From: a virus
Length of the DNA stretch: 64,000 nt
IMG/VR virus record: IMGVR_UViG_3300042389_000724
Span: 31,390 to 95,389 of that record
Reading direction: 5' to 3' (one strand)
Made by a program: the position numbers and the translations under genes. Shown here one piece after another: positions 1-8,266 of the stretch; positions within the stretch are counted from its first letter, which is position 1; each line of letters opens with the position of its first letter. The notes under the pieces were generated by a model, which saw only the letters and a list, made by a program, of their open reading frames with translations, ran no database searches and was not told the origin of the DNA.

Positions 1-89
1 GGACAGGTGGCAGAGTGGTCGAATGCGGCGGTTTGCTAAATCGCTGAAGGCAGATATGTCTTCCGAAGGTTCGAATCCTTCCTTGTCCG
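1..89 (+). tRNA. tRNA-Ser (anticodon GCT)
   Basis: Acceptor stem GGACAGG/CTTGTCC, anticodon arm GCGGT-TTGCTAA-ATCGC, long variable arm, GGTTCGAATCC T-loop, G discriminator; no encoded CCA. Confidence 0.93.
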
Positions 90-90
90 T

Positions 91-161
91 TCCCTTGTTG
101 TGTAAAGGTAGCACAGGAGATTTTGATTCTTCTAGTCTTGGTTCGAATCCAAGCGAGGGAA
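91..161 (+). tRNA. tRNA-Gln (anticodon TTG)
   Basis: Acceptor TCCCTTG/CGAGGGA, D stem GTGT/GCAC, anticodon arm GGAGA-TTTTGAT-TCTTC, T arm CTTGG-TTCGAAT-CCAAG. Confidence 0.9.
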
Positions 162-162
162 C

Positions 163-234
163 GCCACCTTAGCACAGCGGCAGTGCAGCGGTTTTGTAAA
201 CCGCAGGTCATCGGTTCGAATCCGATAGGTGGCT
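163..234 (+). tRNA. tRNA-Thr (anticodon TGT)
   Basis: Acceptor GCCACCT/AGGTGGC, anticodon arm GCGGT-TTTGTAA-ACCGC, T arm ATCGG-TTCGAAT-CCGAT. Confidence 0.93.
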
Positions 235-278
235 TTGTTAAGGGACTGTTCAAGCACAAGCGCGGATGAACATAGGGT

Positions 279-467
279 ATGGAAACACTGCAACTCACAT
301 CACTGGGAATCGGAGTAGTCGCCGCCGCCGTTGCGGGTCTACTGAAATTTTACAGCATCGCGTATTCGCGTGGCTATGAGGACGGCAAGCACTGTGGCTT
401 CACCGAAGGTCTGTATCGTGCTGCACAGCGGGAAGCGCGTAAGACTCGCATATTACAGAGTGTCTAG
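279..467 (+). CDS. Small predicted membrane protein (N-terminal hydrophobic helix then GxxxG repeats)
   Basis: 62-aa ORF with AGGG just upstream; hydrophobic LGIGVVAAAVAGLL, then RGYEDGKHCGFTEG; 4-nt convergent overlap with the next gene. Confidence 0.55.
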   Translation: METLQLTSLGIGVVAAAVAGLLKFYSIAYSRGYEDGKHCGFTEGLYRAAQREARKTRILQSV

Positions 468-1771
468 TATACATTTAGACCAAGTGTCAGGCTTGGTTTG
501 TTGTCTGCTATTGATACTTCTGTGTCCATGCCTATTCTATTTTCCGAAACTGTTGCTTCGTTGAAGAAAATTCTGATTCTGTTCTTGTGTCTAGTCTCAT
601 CAGACACCATTGCAACAGTGAAATCTTTTGAATTGTTTGTTTGTGATTGAGTGTAGTATCTGATTTTTAGTTTCTGATCTGGTACAAGGCTCATGCTTTC
701 CGTTTTGGTTTCTTCAGATGGATTTTCTATCTCTAAAAGATACGATCCTTGCGGAATAGTTGATTCTGTTGCTATCTCTACTGTTGTATTGTGTGTCGAT
801 ATTCCATTCGGCAAGGTAAATCCACTCAACAGCATGGAATCAGCAGACGGTTTGTCAACAACTGTGCATATTTTTGATCCCAACGAAACAGAATTGTTGG
901 TATCTGGATCAAAAATCTCTAGTGTGGAACCAACAGACATAGAAAATTGACATGAGTAGAACTGTTTTAGTCTGTTTTCGTCAGTTTCTTGTTGTGTTAG
1001 TAAAACATACTGACCATTTTCTGTCAGTTGTACATACACACCCTCGGTCTTGATGCTGTTTGTGTCTTCTGATCGAAGAAACTTGCAGTTCTTTAGTACT
1101 TCGTCTCCTAAAAACCCTTCATTTTCTTCCCAAGAGTGGAATGTGGCATACCCGTGTTCGGTTTCTCTGCTCTTGATGATCAGTGCTAGTTGATTATTCC
1201 CTGATGTTTGCCATAAATGACACTGATGTGTGATGTCAAATTCTATTTGACCATCAACAACAGAAGAAAACGACGAACTAGCATCCAATTCGTTTTCGAA
1301 TACCCCACCTTGAATCTCCCAGATATCATCTGATGCTTCTGATGGTTTATTCCAAGACACTGATGGGTCTATTCCCGATCCCAATCTCACAAGTTTTGCT
1401 TCAAACTCGGTTGTCGATGGTGTATCTGTGGACAGAATCAGGGATGCCCTGTCAATTCCATATGAAGCGGTTCCAATTTCTTTTTGAATCGCTTCTAGTG
1501 GATAGAAAAACAGAACAGAGCGATATGTGACATCACCACTGATTCCTGCTTTAAGATATTGTCTGTGTCTAATCAGAAGTTCGCCGTCTTCTCCCTCTGG
1601 TAAGAGGGTGAACTTCTTTGATATTGAGTCGAATACTGTTCTTGTTGATAGTGGAGAATTGGTTATGAATGTATCATTCTCGTCTATCCCACCAAAAATC
1701 TTCACCTCTACAGGTGTGTACTCGGATCTATGTGAGCCGCTTATGTTGTTTCGATATCGTTGAGACAGCAT
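464..1771 (-). CDS. Hypothetical protein with DNRLRE/CBM96-like domain
   Basis: 435-aa ORF. The motif series YRSVLFF ... SWN...W...GG ... FDIT...W...N..L.IK ... FHSWE resembles DNRLRE-type domains. Confidence 0.6.
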   Translation of the reverse strand: MLSQRYRNNISGSHRSEYTPVEVKIFGGIDENDTFITNSPLSTRTVFDSISKKFTLLPEGEDGELLIRHRQYLKAGISGDVTYRSVLFFYPLEAIQKEIGTASYGIDRASLILSTDTPSTTEFEAKLVRLGSGIDPSVSWNKPSEASDDIWEIQGGVFENELDASSSFSSVVDGQIEFDITHQCHLWQTSGNNQLALIIKSRETEHGYATFHSWEENEGFLGDEVLKNCKFLRSEDTNSIKTEGVYVQLTENGQYVLLTQQETDENRLKQFYSCQFSMSVGSTLEIFDPDTNNSVSLGSKICTVVDKPSADSMLLSGFTLPNGISTHNTTVEIATESTIPQGSYLLEIENPSEETKTESMSLVPDQKLKIRYYTQSQTNNSKDFTVAMVSDETRHKNRIRIFFNEATVSENRIGMDTEVSIADNKPSLTLGLNVY

Positions 1772-1779
1772 TCTTCATT

Positions 1780-3696
1780 TCAAGAGGCATAGAAGGAGAA
1801 TGTCAGTCCTGGACCAGTGTTGTGTGGTGCAGTTGAAGCGGAATACGGAGGATAGAAAACATAAACTTTGTTGATGTTGTCTACCTCTATAAACATTTCT
1901 TCTCCGTGATATAGCGTGTATGCGGCGGATGTTGCTGTAAGACCGTAAGCATTCGCGTCTTGAGCAGAAATCACACACATGAATTCGTTCGATGAAGCAG
2001 ATGCACCTGTTGCTACTCTTGAGGTTTTTATTCTCACACCCGTTGAACAGGTGAATCCAGGAGCAGAGTTGTATTCAGACAGATTCTTTGAAGCGTATCC
2101 GACAAATCCAGTTCTGGACATGAAGGTTGGCTGTTGCTTCACCGAAAGTACGGATACACCAATACTCTTCTGCGTTGAAACATTTACACCTTCTACAACT
2201 GCACTGTTAAGTACGGATTGGCTGACAGGAGTAATGTTGTTGTCTATTGCAGACTTTACGAGTGAATACAGTGATTCGCTGTATTTGAAATCCGTAGATC
2301 CAACAGACACATTTTGAGAATACAGTGCTGCCTTTAGAGCAGCCATGAAATCGGTGCCGTTTTTAATCTGTGACAGAGATGTTGTCAAACTGGATGACAC
2401 GCTCGACAGTGTTGTGTCCAGATTTGGCAGTTCTACTGGAAGAAGTCCTCCGCTGAATCCTTTCACTAGCACAGGACCGTTGGCAGTGTCTCCGACAACC
2501 CATACACCCACGGTTGATGATGTTGATCCTTTTACTGGAACTGGATTGTATGCTTCTTGAGAAATTCCTATTCCAGTGCTGAATGTGGCATATGCATTGA
2601 AAGATATTCCCGTGTTGACGAGATATACATTTACAGCAGATCCGCTCCATCCAGCACCAGTGAATCCTCCGACTCTCTCCATGTTTCCATTCGGTAGAAT
2701 GGTGTTCATGTAAGTTGGTACTGTAGACTTCGATTGGGTATCTGTGGCACCTTGTCCGACTACGGTGATCGTGTCTCTTGTGTAGTCTACGCTGCGAATA
2801 TCAAGACTTGCGCCACTTACTGTTATGCCAATCGAAGACTTGATATTCACATTCAGAGCGTTGTTTTCTGAATATATGGGAGCCGCTGTTGATCCCGTGA
2901 ATCCAAATAGACCCACCGACACGGTAGAAGCGGTTCCTCCACCATAAACAGTGACAGTATCCGATGCGGCAGTAAGACCTCGGATTACTATTGTTCCGAA
3001 TGTAACTCCGATAGCAGTGGCACCAGCGACACCGAATACTCCCAAGTCAGAGAAAGAAGATACTGTTACTGGCAGTGCTTGTGAAACAGTGATTCCGACA
3101 GGATACCCGCTGCAAATTCCCTGAATGCTAACATAGTCAATTGCTGATGTGTCACTGGTGACACCGATTCCACCACCTTGTAGTTTTCTGATGTTTAGGT
3201 TTGTGGAGTTTACCGTCAACTCACCTACGGTTATTCCGATTGGAGTTGCGCCAGACGCGCCTGTTACAGGCATATAGTCCATAGACGCGCCTAGACCGAC
3301 CAATGTGGTTGCTATGCTGTAGTAACCGCTGTTAGAGATGTAGTCGTATCTCTGTAGAGGACCGTCAATGGTTACATTAAGGGTCGTTCCTGTTGCAAAA
3401 CTGAGAGAAACGCCAGTAGCCCCCGCAATACTTACAAGTAGGGGTGATGTATTTGCGAATGAATTTACCTGAACTGGAATCGTTCCAACAGATGCTGTTG
3501 AGATATCAACAGCCAACGGACTAACATTGGTTACATTTACAGGAAGACCGTTGCCGCTAGTGACATCAATAGCAGAACCAGACGCTCCATATACAATTTG
3601 CACTCTCTGATGGTGTGCATCATTGACAAAACTGCTGGCTATGGTATAAGTAGTACCACTGGTTACAATGTCGTAGTTGTCGCTGGTTGCTCCCAT
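1780..3696 (-). CDS. Ser/Thr/Gly-rich putative virion protein
   Basis: 638-aa ORF with GGAG SD; beta-rich low-charge composition; many G-x-T tripeptides; late-promoter-like ATACATA upstream (3771-3765). Confidence 0.7.
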   Translation of the reverse strand: MGATSDNYDIVTSGTTYTIASSFVNDAHHQRVQIVYGASGSAIDVTSGNGLPVNVTNVSPLAVDISTASVGTIPVQVNSFANTSPLLVSIAGATGVSLSFATGTTLNVTIDGPLQRYDYISNSGYYSIATTLVGLGASMDYMPVTGASGATPIGITVGELTVNSTNLNIRKLQGGGIGVTSDTSAIDYVSIQGICSGYPVGITVSQALPVTVSSFSDLGVFGVAGATAIGVTFGTIVIRGLTAASDTVTVYGGGTASTVSVGLFGFTGSTAAPIYSENNALNVNIKSSIGITVSGASLDIRSVDYTRDTITVVGQGATDTQSKSTVPTYMNTILPNGNMERVGGFTGAGWSGSAVNVYLVNTGISFNAYATFSTGIGISQEAYNPVPVKGSTSSTVGVWVVGDTANGPVLVKGFSGGLLPVELPNLDTTLSSVSSSLTTSLSQIKNGTDFMAALKAALYSQNVSVGSTDFKYSESLYSLVKSAIDNNITPVSQSVLNSAVVEGVNVSTQKSIGVSVLSVKQQPTFMSRTGFVGYASKNLSEYNSAPGFTCSTGVRIKTSRVATGASASSNEFMCVISAQDANAYGLTATSAAYTLYHGEEMFIEVDNINKVYVFYPPYSASTAPHNTGPGLTFSFYAS

Positions 3697-3745
3697 TGGG
3701 TTCTCCGCTGTGCAGGCTGTGCAGGGGGTTTCCGACTCAATCCAA

Positions 3746-3771
3746 CTAAATAGGATTACTTACCTATGTAT
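3746..3771. promoter_or_regulatory. Divergent pair of T4-type late-promoter-like motifs (CTAAATA + strand 3746-3752; ATACATA - strand 3771-3765)
   Basis: Variants of the T4 late -10 element TATAAATA in the short divergent intergenic region. Confidence 0.5.
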
Positions 3772-4008
3772 ATTTCCGAAAGCAAGGCTAACATGGACAT
3801 CAACAACATCCGTTTTCCCCGTGAAGTAGAAACCCATGTCAAGAAGTATGAAGTTTCGTATATTGATGCGGTCATAGCCGTGTGTGAGCGGTTTGGTATT
3901 GAGCCACAGGTTGCTGCCAAATTCTTGAGCAAGCCCATCATTGAAAAAATCAAGGCTGAGGGGCAGGAATTGAACCTGCTTCCCAAAAAGTCAAAACTGC
4001 CTGTTTGA
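3766..4008 (+). CDS. gp33: Late transcription co-activator gp33 (start may be ATG 3793)
   Basis: SYIDAVIAVCE...IE...K.LSKPIIEKIKAE..ELNLL.K.SKLPV matches T4-like gp33; located upstream of gp32. Confidence 0.85.
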   Translation: MYISESKANMDINNIRFPREVETHVKKYEVSYIDAVIAVCERFGIEPQVAAKFLSKPIIEKIKAEGQELNLLPKKSKLPV

Positions 4009-4011
4009 CCA

Positions 4012-4039
4012 TTGACTACACACAGGCTTGTGGTATCTT
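4012..4039 (+). promoter_or_regulatory. Sigma70-like promoter for gp32 (TTGACT-N16-TATCTT, TG extension)
   Basis: -35 at 4012-4017, -10 at 4034-4039; a late-type CTACATA follows at 4042-4048. Confidence 0.6.
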
Positions 4040-4112
4040 ACCTACATACCTGTGACTGAATTGTTCGTCACACATTCAACACACAGCGTACACCTCGTAC
4101 AAGGAGACAACT

Positions 4113-5051
4113 ATGGGTTTTAAGGACATGAAGAGTGCATCAAAGAACGCCTATCAGACTCTTGCATCCGAAATGGACAAGATGGCAAAGAAGTCGGAGT
4201 CTTACAAGGACGACCGCCTTTGGAGGGCTGAAACTGACAAGACTGGCAACGGCTATGCGGAGATTCGGTTTCTCCCTGCTCCCGATGGTGAGGATCTGCC
4301 GTGGGCGCGGGTCTGGCATCACGGTTTCCGTGGTCCAGGTGGTTGGTACATTGAGAACTCACTCACCACGATTGGTCTGAAGGATCCAGTCAGCGAGATG
4401 AATTCCATGTTGTGGAACAGCGGTTCCGACAAGGACAAGGCTATTGCTCGTGATCGCAAGCGCAAGTTGTCCTATGTCAGCAACATTCTTGTGATCAGCG
4501 ACCCTAAGCACCCCGAGAACGAGGGCAAGGTGTTCCTGTTCAAGTACGGCAAGAAGATCTTTGAGAAGATTCAGGAAGCAATGAATCCGCAGTTCCAAGA
4601 CGAGAAGCCTCTGAATCCGTTTGATTTTTGGTCGGGTGCAAACTTCAAGTTGAAGATTCGTCAGGTGGATGGGTACACGAACTACGACAAGAGCGAGTTC
4701 GCTGCCCCCTCTGCTCTGCTTGGTGGCGATGACGCTGCGCTTGAGAAGTTGTGGAAGACGGAACACTCTCTGAAGGAGTTCACCGATCCGAAGTCCTTCA
4801 AGTCTTATGATGAACTCAAGGCTCGTCTTGAGATGGTTCTTGGTGGCAACATTCGCGCAACGGCTGATTCGGCTGAAGCAAAGGGTGGTGCTGAAAAGGC
4901 TTCGTTTGATGACGAAGACGAGACTCCTGCTCCAGTTGCGAAGAAGGCTGCTCCGCAGCCCCCGAAGAAGAGTGTGAAGGAAGCCGTCAGCAATGACGAC
5001 GATACTGAAGATGCACTCTCTTACTTTGAGAAGTTGGCTAGTGACGACTAA
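4113..5051 (+). CDS. gp32: Single-stranded DNA-binding protein gp32
   Basis: DDRLW...DKTGNGYAEIRFLP, WYIENSLTT, KYGKKIFEKI, NPFDFW.GANFKLKIR, acidic tail SYFEKLASDD; AAGGAG SD. Confidence 0.97.
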   Translation: MGFKDMKSASKNAYQTLASEMDKMAKKSESYKDDRLWRAETDKTGNGYAEIRFLPAPDGEDLPWARVWHHGFRGPGGWYIENSLTTIGLKDPVSEMNSMLWNSGSDKDKAIARDRKRKLSYVSNILVISDPKHPENEGKVFLFKYGKKIFEKIQEAMNPQFQDEKPLNPFDFWSGANFKLKIRQVDGYTNYDKSEFAAPSALLGGDDAALEKLWKTEHSLKEFTDPKSFKSYDELKARLEMVLGGNIRATADSAEAKGGAEKASFDDEDETPAPVAKKAAPQPPKKSVKEAVSNDDDTEDALSYFEKLASDD

Positions 5052-5078
5052 ATACTAGCAGCCTTCGGTTTCGCAGCA

Positions 5079-5110
5079 AGGGGCGCACTTCGGTGCGCCT
5101 CTTTCTTTTT
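5079..5110 (+). terminator. Rho-independent terminator after gp32 (possibly bidirectional)
   Basis: AGGGGCGCAC-TTCG-GTGCGCCTCT hairpin with a cUUCGg loop followed by a T tract; lies between convergent genes. Confidence 0.85.
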
Positions 5111-7316
5111 AGAAAGAGTGTGATGCTCTTTGCATCGTTAGTATTGTTGGTTCACTGTTTCGTAGTCTCAAATCGTCATTGAAGTTGTTGGTGGTGTTGT
5201 TGATCTTGGTTTGCACAACGGAGTTGACAGATGGAGCAGCAGGCTTCGCTGTCCCCACTGCTGCTGCTTTTTCTGCATCAAGAGCATTCATCTCATTATT
5301 GTACTGCTGAACCATCTTGCCTAGCGAAGTGTTTGGCGAGGCGGGAGCAGATATTTTCCCTTCAACCACAGAGGATTGATTTTGTCCCTGCTCTCCTTGT
5401 GATGTTGATACTGTTGAAGCACTTGCAATTCCTGCTGCTGCTCCTTCTGCCGCTTTTTCATTCTTCTGTTGCTCGGCTCCCCCAACATCAATGAGCGATC
5501 CGATTCCTGGAATAGATGAAACCATGTCATAGATTTTTCTTCCACCGACCGCTTCACCCAAATACTCTGCAATATTAGATCCTACCCATTCTCCACCCAG
5601 TGTTCCTACAAGCGTTCCTATTCCTGGAATTGGAATCATTGAGCCTAGGATACCGCCACCAACAGATCCGAGAACACTTCCCAAAACTTTAACCAGTCCT
5701 ACGCCTAGTTTTTCTTTCTTTTCGTCTGGTGACATTTCGGCATCATTTTTAATGCTTGCCAAATCTATTGCGCCCATGCCAGCAGTTATCAATGCCCCTA
5801 GACCTGGTATGGATACGATAGCCTTCAGAATTTTTCCTGAACTAGACTTTACTGCACTGCCTATAGCCTTTGCTGGACTCAGATTGCTTACTGCTCCAGA
5901 AACAGAACCCCATGCACGCGACAGCCATCCCCCCGCTTTGCCAGCGGTTGATGCTATTGAAGTTCCCATTCCTTTTGTTGCGGAAGCCACAGATGAACCA
6001 ACAGTTTTTGCAGCACCAACAACTTTTCCTCCAGCCTTTCCTATCATGCCACCGATAGACTTGGCATCTCGTACAAGAGGTGTATCTTTGATCAATCCGA
6101 ATGCCTTGCTTCCGAGACTTCCTATTGCTCCAAGAGCCTTGCCGCCTAGTTTTTTAGCACCAGATAGAATACCGCGACCCGTTCCCGCTAATCCTGTTTC
6201 AGTTAGCATGGACATTAGGTTTCCTAGAATACCGCTTTCGCCGTCTTGTTTTCCGAATCCTAGTAGTTTTGCCAAACCAGAAAGAAGACCACCGCTTTTT
6301 TGTGGTTTTTCTGATGCTGGTGTTGGTTTTATTCCAAGAGACTCTAGTTCTGCTTCTCTATCAGACAGTTCTTTTGTCTGTGGTTTGAATTGCTCTACTA
6401 GAAGTTTTCTTATCTCTGATATTTCTTTGTAGATTGAACCTAGAGTTGTGTCTTCTCTTCCAGAAATTAGACCTGGTATATCTGATGCCCGAGTGCCACC
6501 CGACATCTGACGGGGAATTCGACCACCAGCATAGATGTCGATGTCTGCGTTTCTCTTTCCTCTTCGTGCAATTGATCTCTGAAGACCCCCAGAATATCTT
6601 TCTAGTTCTTCCTGTGTTTCTCTTCTTTGCTTTAGGAACTCACCTAGAATTCCTCCAACAACTGGTATCTTTGAAGCCAGTCTTTCGGGAAGAGTCTTTC
6701 GGAAAGATTGTGCTTTTTCCTTGATGAACTCTTGGAAAGATGTTCTTTTCTTCAATTGCTCTTCTACGGGCGCAACAATCTCATCTAGTTTCGCTGCGAT
6801 GTCAGATTGTTCACCCTGAGTCTTCTTTGCCAACTCTCGGATGAATTTGATTTTAGCGTAGATTCGTTTTGCTTCATCGTATGATGCGCCGATAGATTGC
6901 TCGGATAACTGCGTGGCTTCATCCATCAATTCTCTTGCAGCCGCAGCAGCAGGATCTTGTCCCAAGAATCGACTTCTGTTTTGGGATATGTAATCTTCTA
7001 CGGTGGAGCGAACACCTTTCTGCCCTTCCATCCCGACAACATATTTGTCTAGTTCAGATGTTTCAAACCCCATCTCTTTTCTTCGTATCCCTATGGATTC
7101 CAGCAGACCAATTTCTTTTGGCTGATCTGTAGTCTGTTGGGTGTTCTCTGCTGATACTACTGTGGGTGCTGCTGTGGCTGAAGCAGGACTCATTACGGAT
7201 TCAAGAGTAGCAGTGGACGCTGATTTTTCGATGGGCATAAACCGACCCATAGCGTCTCTCTTTCGAGTCGCTGCTAGTTTCTGCCGTGTTGAAAGTTTAG
7301 ACCGTCTTCTAGCCAT
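5109..7316 (-). CDS. Baseplate hub / tape-measure-like protein (gp29-like)
   Basis: 735 aa: helical charged N-half, Gly/Ala-rich amphipathic and hydrophobic segments (IPIPGIGTLVGTLGG), C-terminal NNTTNN motif; downstream of gp26/gp51; AAAGGAG SD. Confidence 0.75.
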   Translation of the reverse strand: MARRRSKLSTRQKLAATRKRDAMGRFMPIEKSASTATLESVMSPASATAAPTVVSAENTQQTTDQPKEIGLLESIGIRRKEMGFETSELDKYVVGMEGQKGVRSTVEDYISQNRSRFLGQDPAAAAARELMDEATQLSEQSIGASYDEAKRIYAKIKFIRELAKKTQGEQSDIAAKLDEIVAPVEEQLKKRTSFQEFIKEKAQSFRKTLPERLASKIPVVGGILGEFLKQRRETQEELERYSGGLQRSIARRGKRNADIDIYAGGRIPRQMSGGTRASDIPGLISGREDTTLGSIYKEISEIRKLLVEQFKPQTKELSDREAELESLGIKPTPASEKPQKSGGLLSGLAKLLGFGKQDGESGILGNLMSMLTETGLAGTGRGILSGAKKLGGKALGAIGSLGSKAFGLIKDTPLVRDAKSIGGMIGKAGGKVVGAAKTVGSSVASATKGMGTSIASTAGKAGGWLSRAWGSVSGAVSNLSPAKAIGSAVKSSSGKILKAIVSIPGLGALITAGMGAIDLASIKNDAEMSPDEKKEKLGVGLVKVLGSVLGSVGGGILGSMIPIPGIGTLVGTLGGEWVGSNIAEYLGEAVGGRKIYDMVSSIPGIGSLIDVGGAEQQKNEKAAEGAAAGIASASTVSTSQGEQGQNQSSVVEGKISAPASPNTSLGKMVQQYNNEMNALDAEKAAAVGTAKPAAPSVNSVVQTKINNTTNNFNDDLRLRNSEPTILTMQRASHSF

Positions 7317-7345
7317 GTTACTCCTTTGGGATCATGGTGAATTGG

Positions 7346-7540
7346 TCACAATTGCTTTTGATTGCTAACCTTGTCTTTTTCTTTTTTCAGGTGAGCAATT
7401 AGCATTTGTATGTATACCTCTCTCTCCCAAGGTATCATGCTTTCTAATTCTGCAAGAGAATAGCCGTGGTGCTGTAGAAGGCTGAAATTCAACTGGAAGA
7501 ATGCCCCCAAGTCAGTATGACAGAGGGCTATTGAAAAAAA
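7346..7540 (-). CDS. gp51: gp51-like baseplate hub assembly chaperone ORF (not in ORF track; likely reached by -1 frameshift from gp26)
   Basis: Manual translation gives FFSIALCHTDLGAFFQLNFSLLQHHGYSLAELESMIPWEREVYIQMLIAHLKKEKDKVSNQKQL*. The NF.L.QHH.YSL.E.E.MIPWER..Y motif is typical of T4-like gp51-type small proteins. No ATG precedes the motif. Confidence 0.8.
   Translation of the reverse strand, partial: FFSIALCHTDLGAFFQLNFSLLQHHGYSLAELESMIPWEREVYIQMLIAHLKKEKDKVSNQKQL
7503..7540 (-). promoter_or_regulatory. Putative -1 programmed ribosomal frameshift signal
   Basis: mRNA reads GAU UUU UUU CAA UAG: slippery U-UUU-UUU (7540-7534), 5-nt spacer, then hairpin GCCCUC-U-GUCA-UAC-UGAC-UU-GGGGGC (7528-7503). 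Confidence 0.65.
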
Positions 7541-8238
7541 TCAGATACGCTCTTGAGTTCTACCTTTACCGCACTTCCACAAGATGGGCAATTGTAGTTG
7601 AATGAATACTTCAACTCGGGTGATGTCTGAATGAAGTCTATGAGTTTTGCAAACTGATCTGGCATCATGTTATCCACGAAGTCAGATATTTCTTTTGGAG
7701 ATATGTCTGATGCTTGATGGAGTTGATCGTTCAGCACTACCGCTTCTATGCACTTCTTTGAAAGTTCAAAAGCCATCTCTACTTCGTCTTTTGTGTAGTC
7801 AAAGTCATGGATGGATGGATACCGCATGATGAGAGATAGATTGTCGTTTATGATAACCGATGTGTCTTCCGCCTGTTCTTGTTTTTTGCCGATGGTTATT
7901 TCATCTAGTTTGATCTTGATGTTCGTTGATTTTTGGCAATTAGTGCAGGTCACTTGGGGTTTGACTTCCTCACCCACAGACTTGGATCGTATCTGTAGGA
8001 ATGCATACTCTGTGTCAGCAGCACACAACTTTCGTGTATCCAACACACCGTTTGTGCATACAGAAATGACATTTCGCATAGCGTCATTGATCTGATTTGG
8101 ATTTTTTGATTGGAGGGCGATAAGAAGTATCTTTTCTTCCTTTACGACGAACGGACGAAACTTTACTGTTTGGTTTGAAACAGGAAGCGTCATTGTATAT
8201 TGAGGAAGAGAAGCATTTTGTAAATTCAGTGTAGCCAT
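7528..8238 (-). CDS. gp26: Baseplate hub assembly protein gp26 (T4_baseplate family)
   Basis: LP.Y...LP.S...VKFRPFVVKEEKILL, EYAFLQIRSKSVGE, two CxxC motifs, MRYP, ends DFFQ. Confidence 0.9.
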   Translation of the reverse strand: MATLNLQNASLPQYTMTLPVSNQTVKFRPFVVKEEKILLIALQSKNPNQINDAMRNVISVCTNGVLDTRKLCAADTEYAFLQIRSKSVGEEVKPQVTCTNCQKSTNIKIKLDEITIGKKQEQAEDTSVIINDNLSLIMRYPSIHDFDYTKDEVEMAFELSKKCIEAVVLNDQLHQASDISPKEISDFVDNMMPDQFAKLIDFIQTSPELKYSFNYNCPSCGSAVKVELKSVSDFFQ

Positions 8239-8266
8239 AGTGATCCTTTCAATGAAGATGAACTAT

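Noticed and set aside
3707-3724. Tandem GCTGTGCAG x2 upstream of the 638-aa gene
   Set aside because: Only two short copies, not seen elsewhere; insufficient to call an operator.
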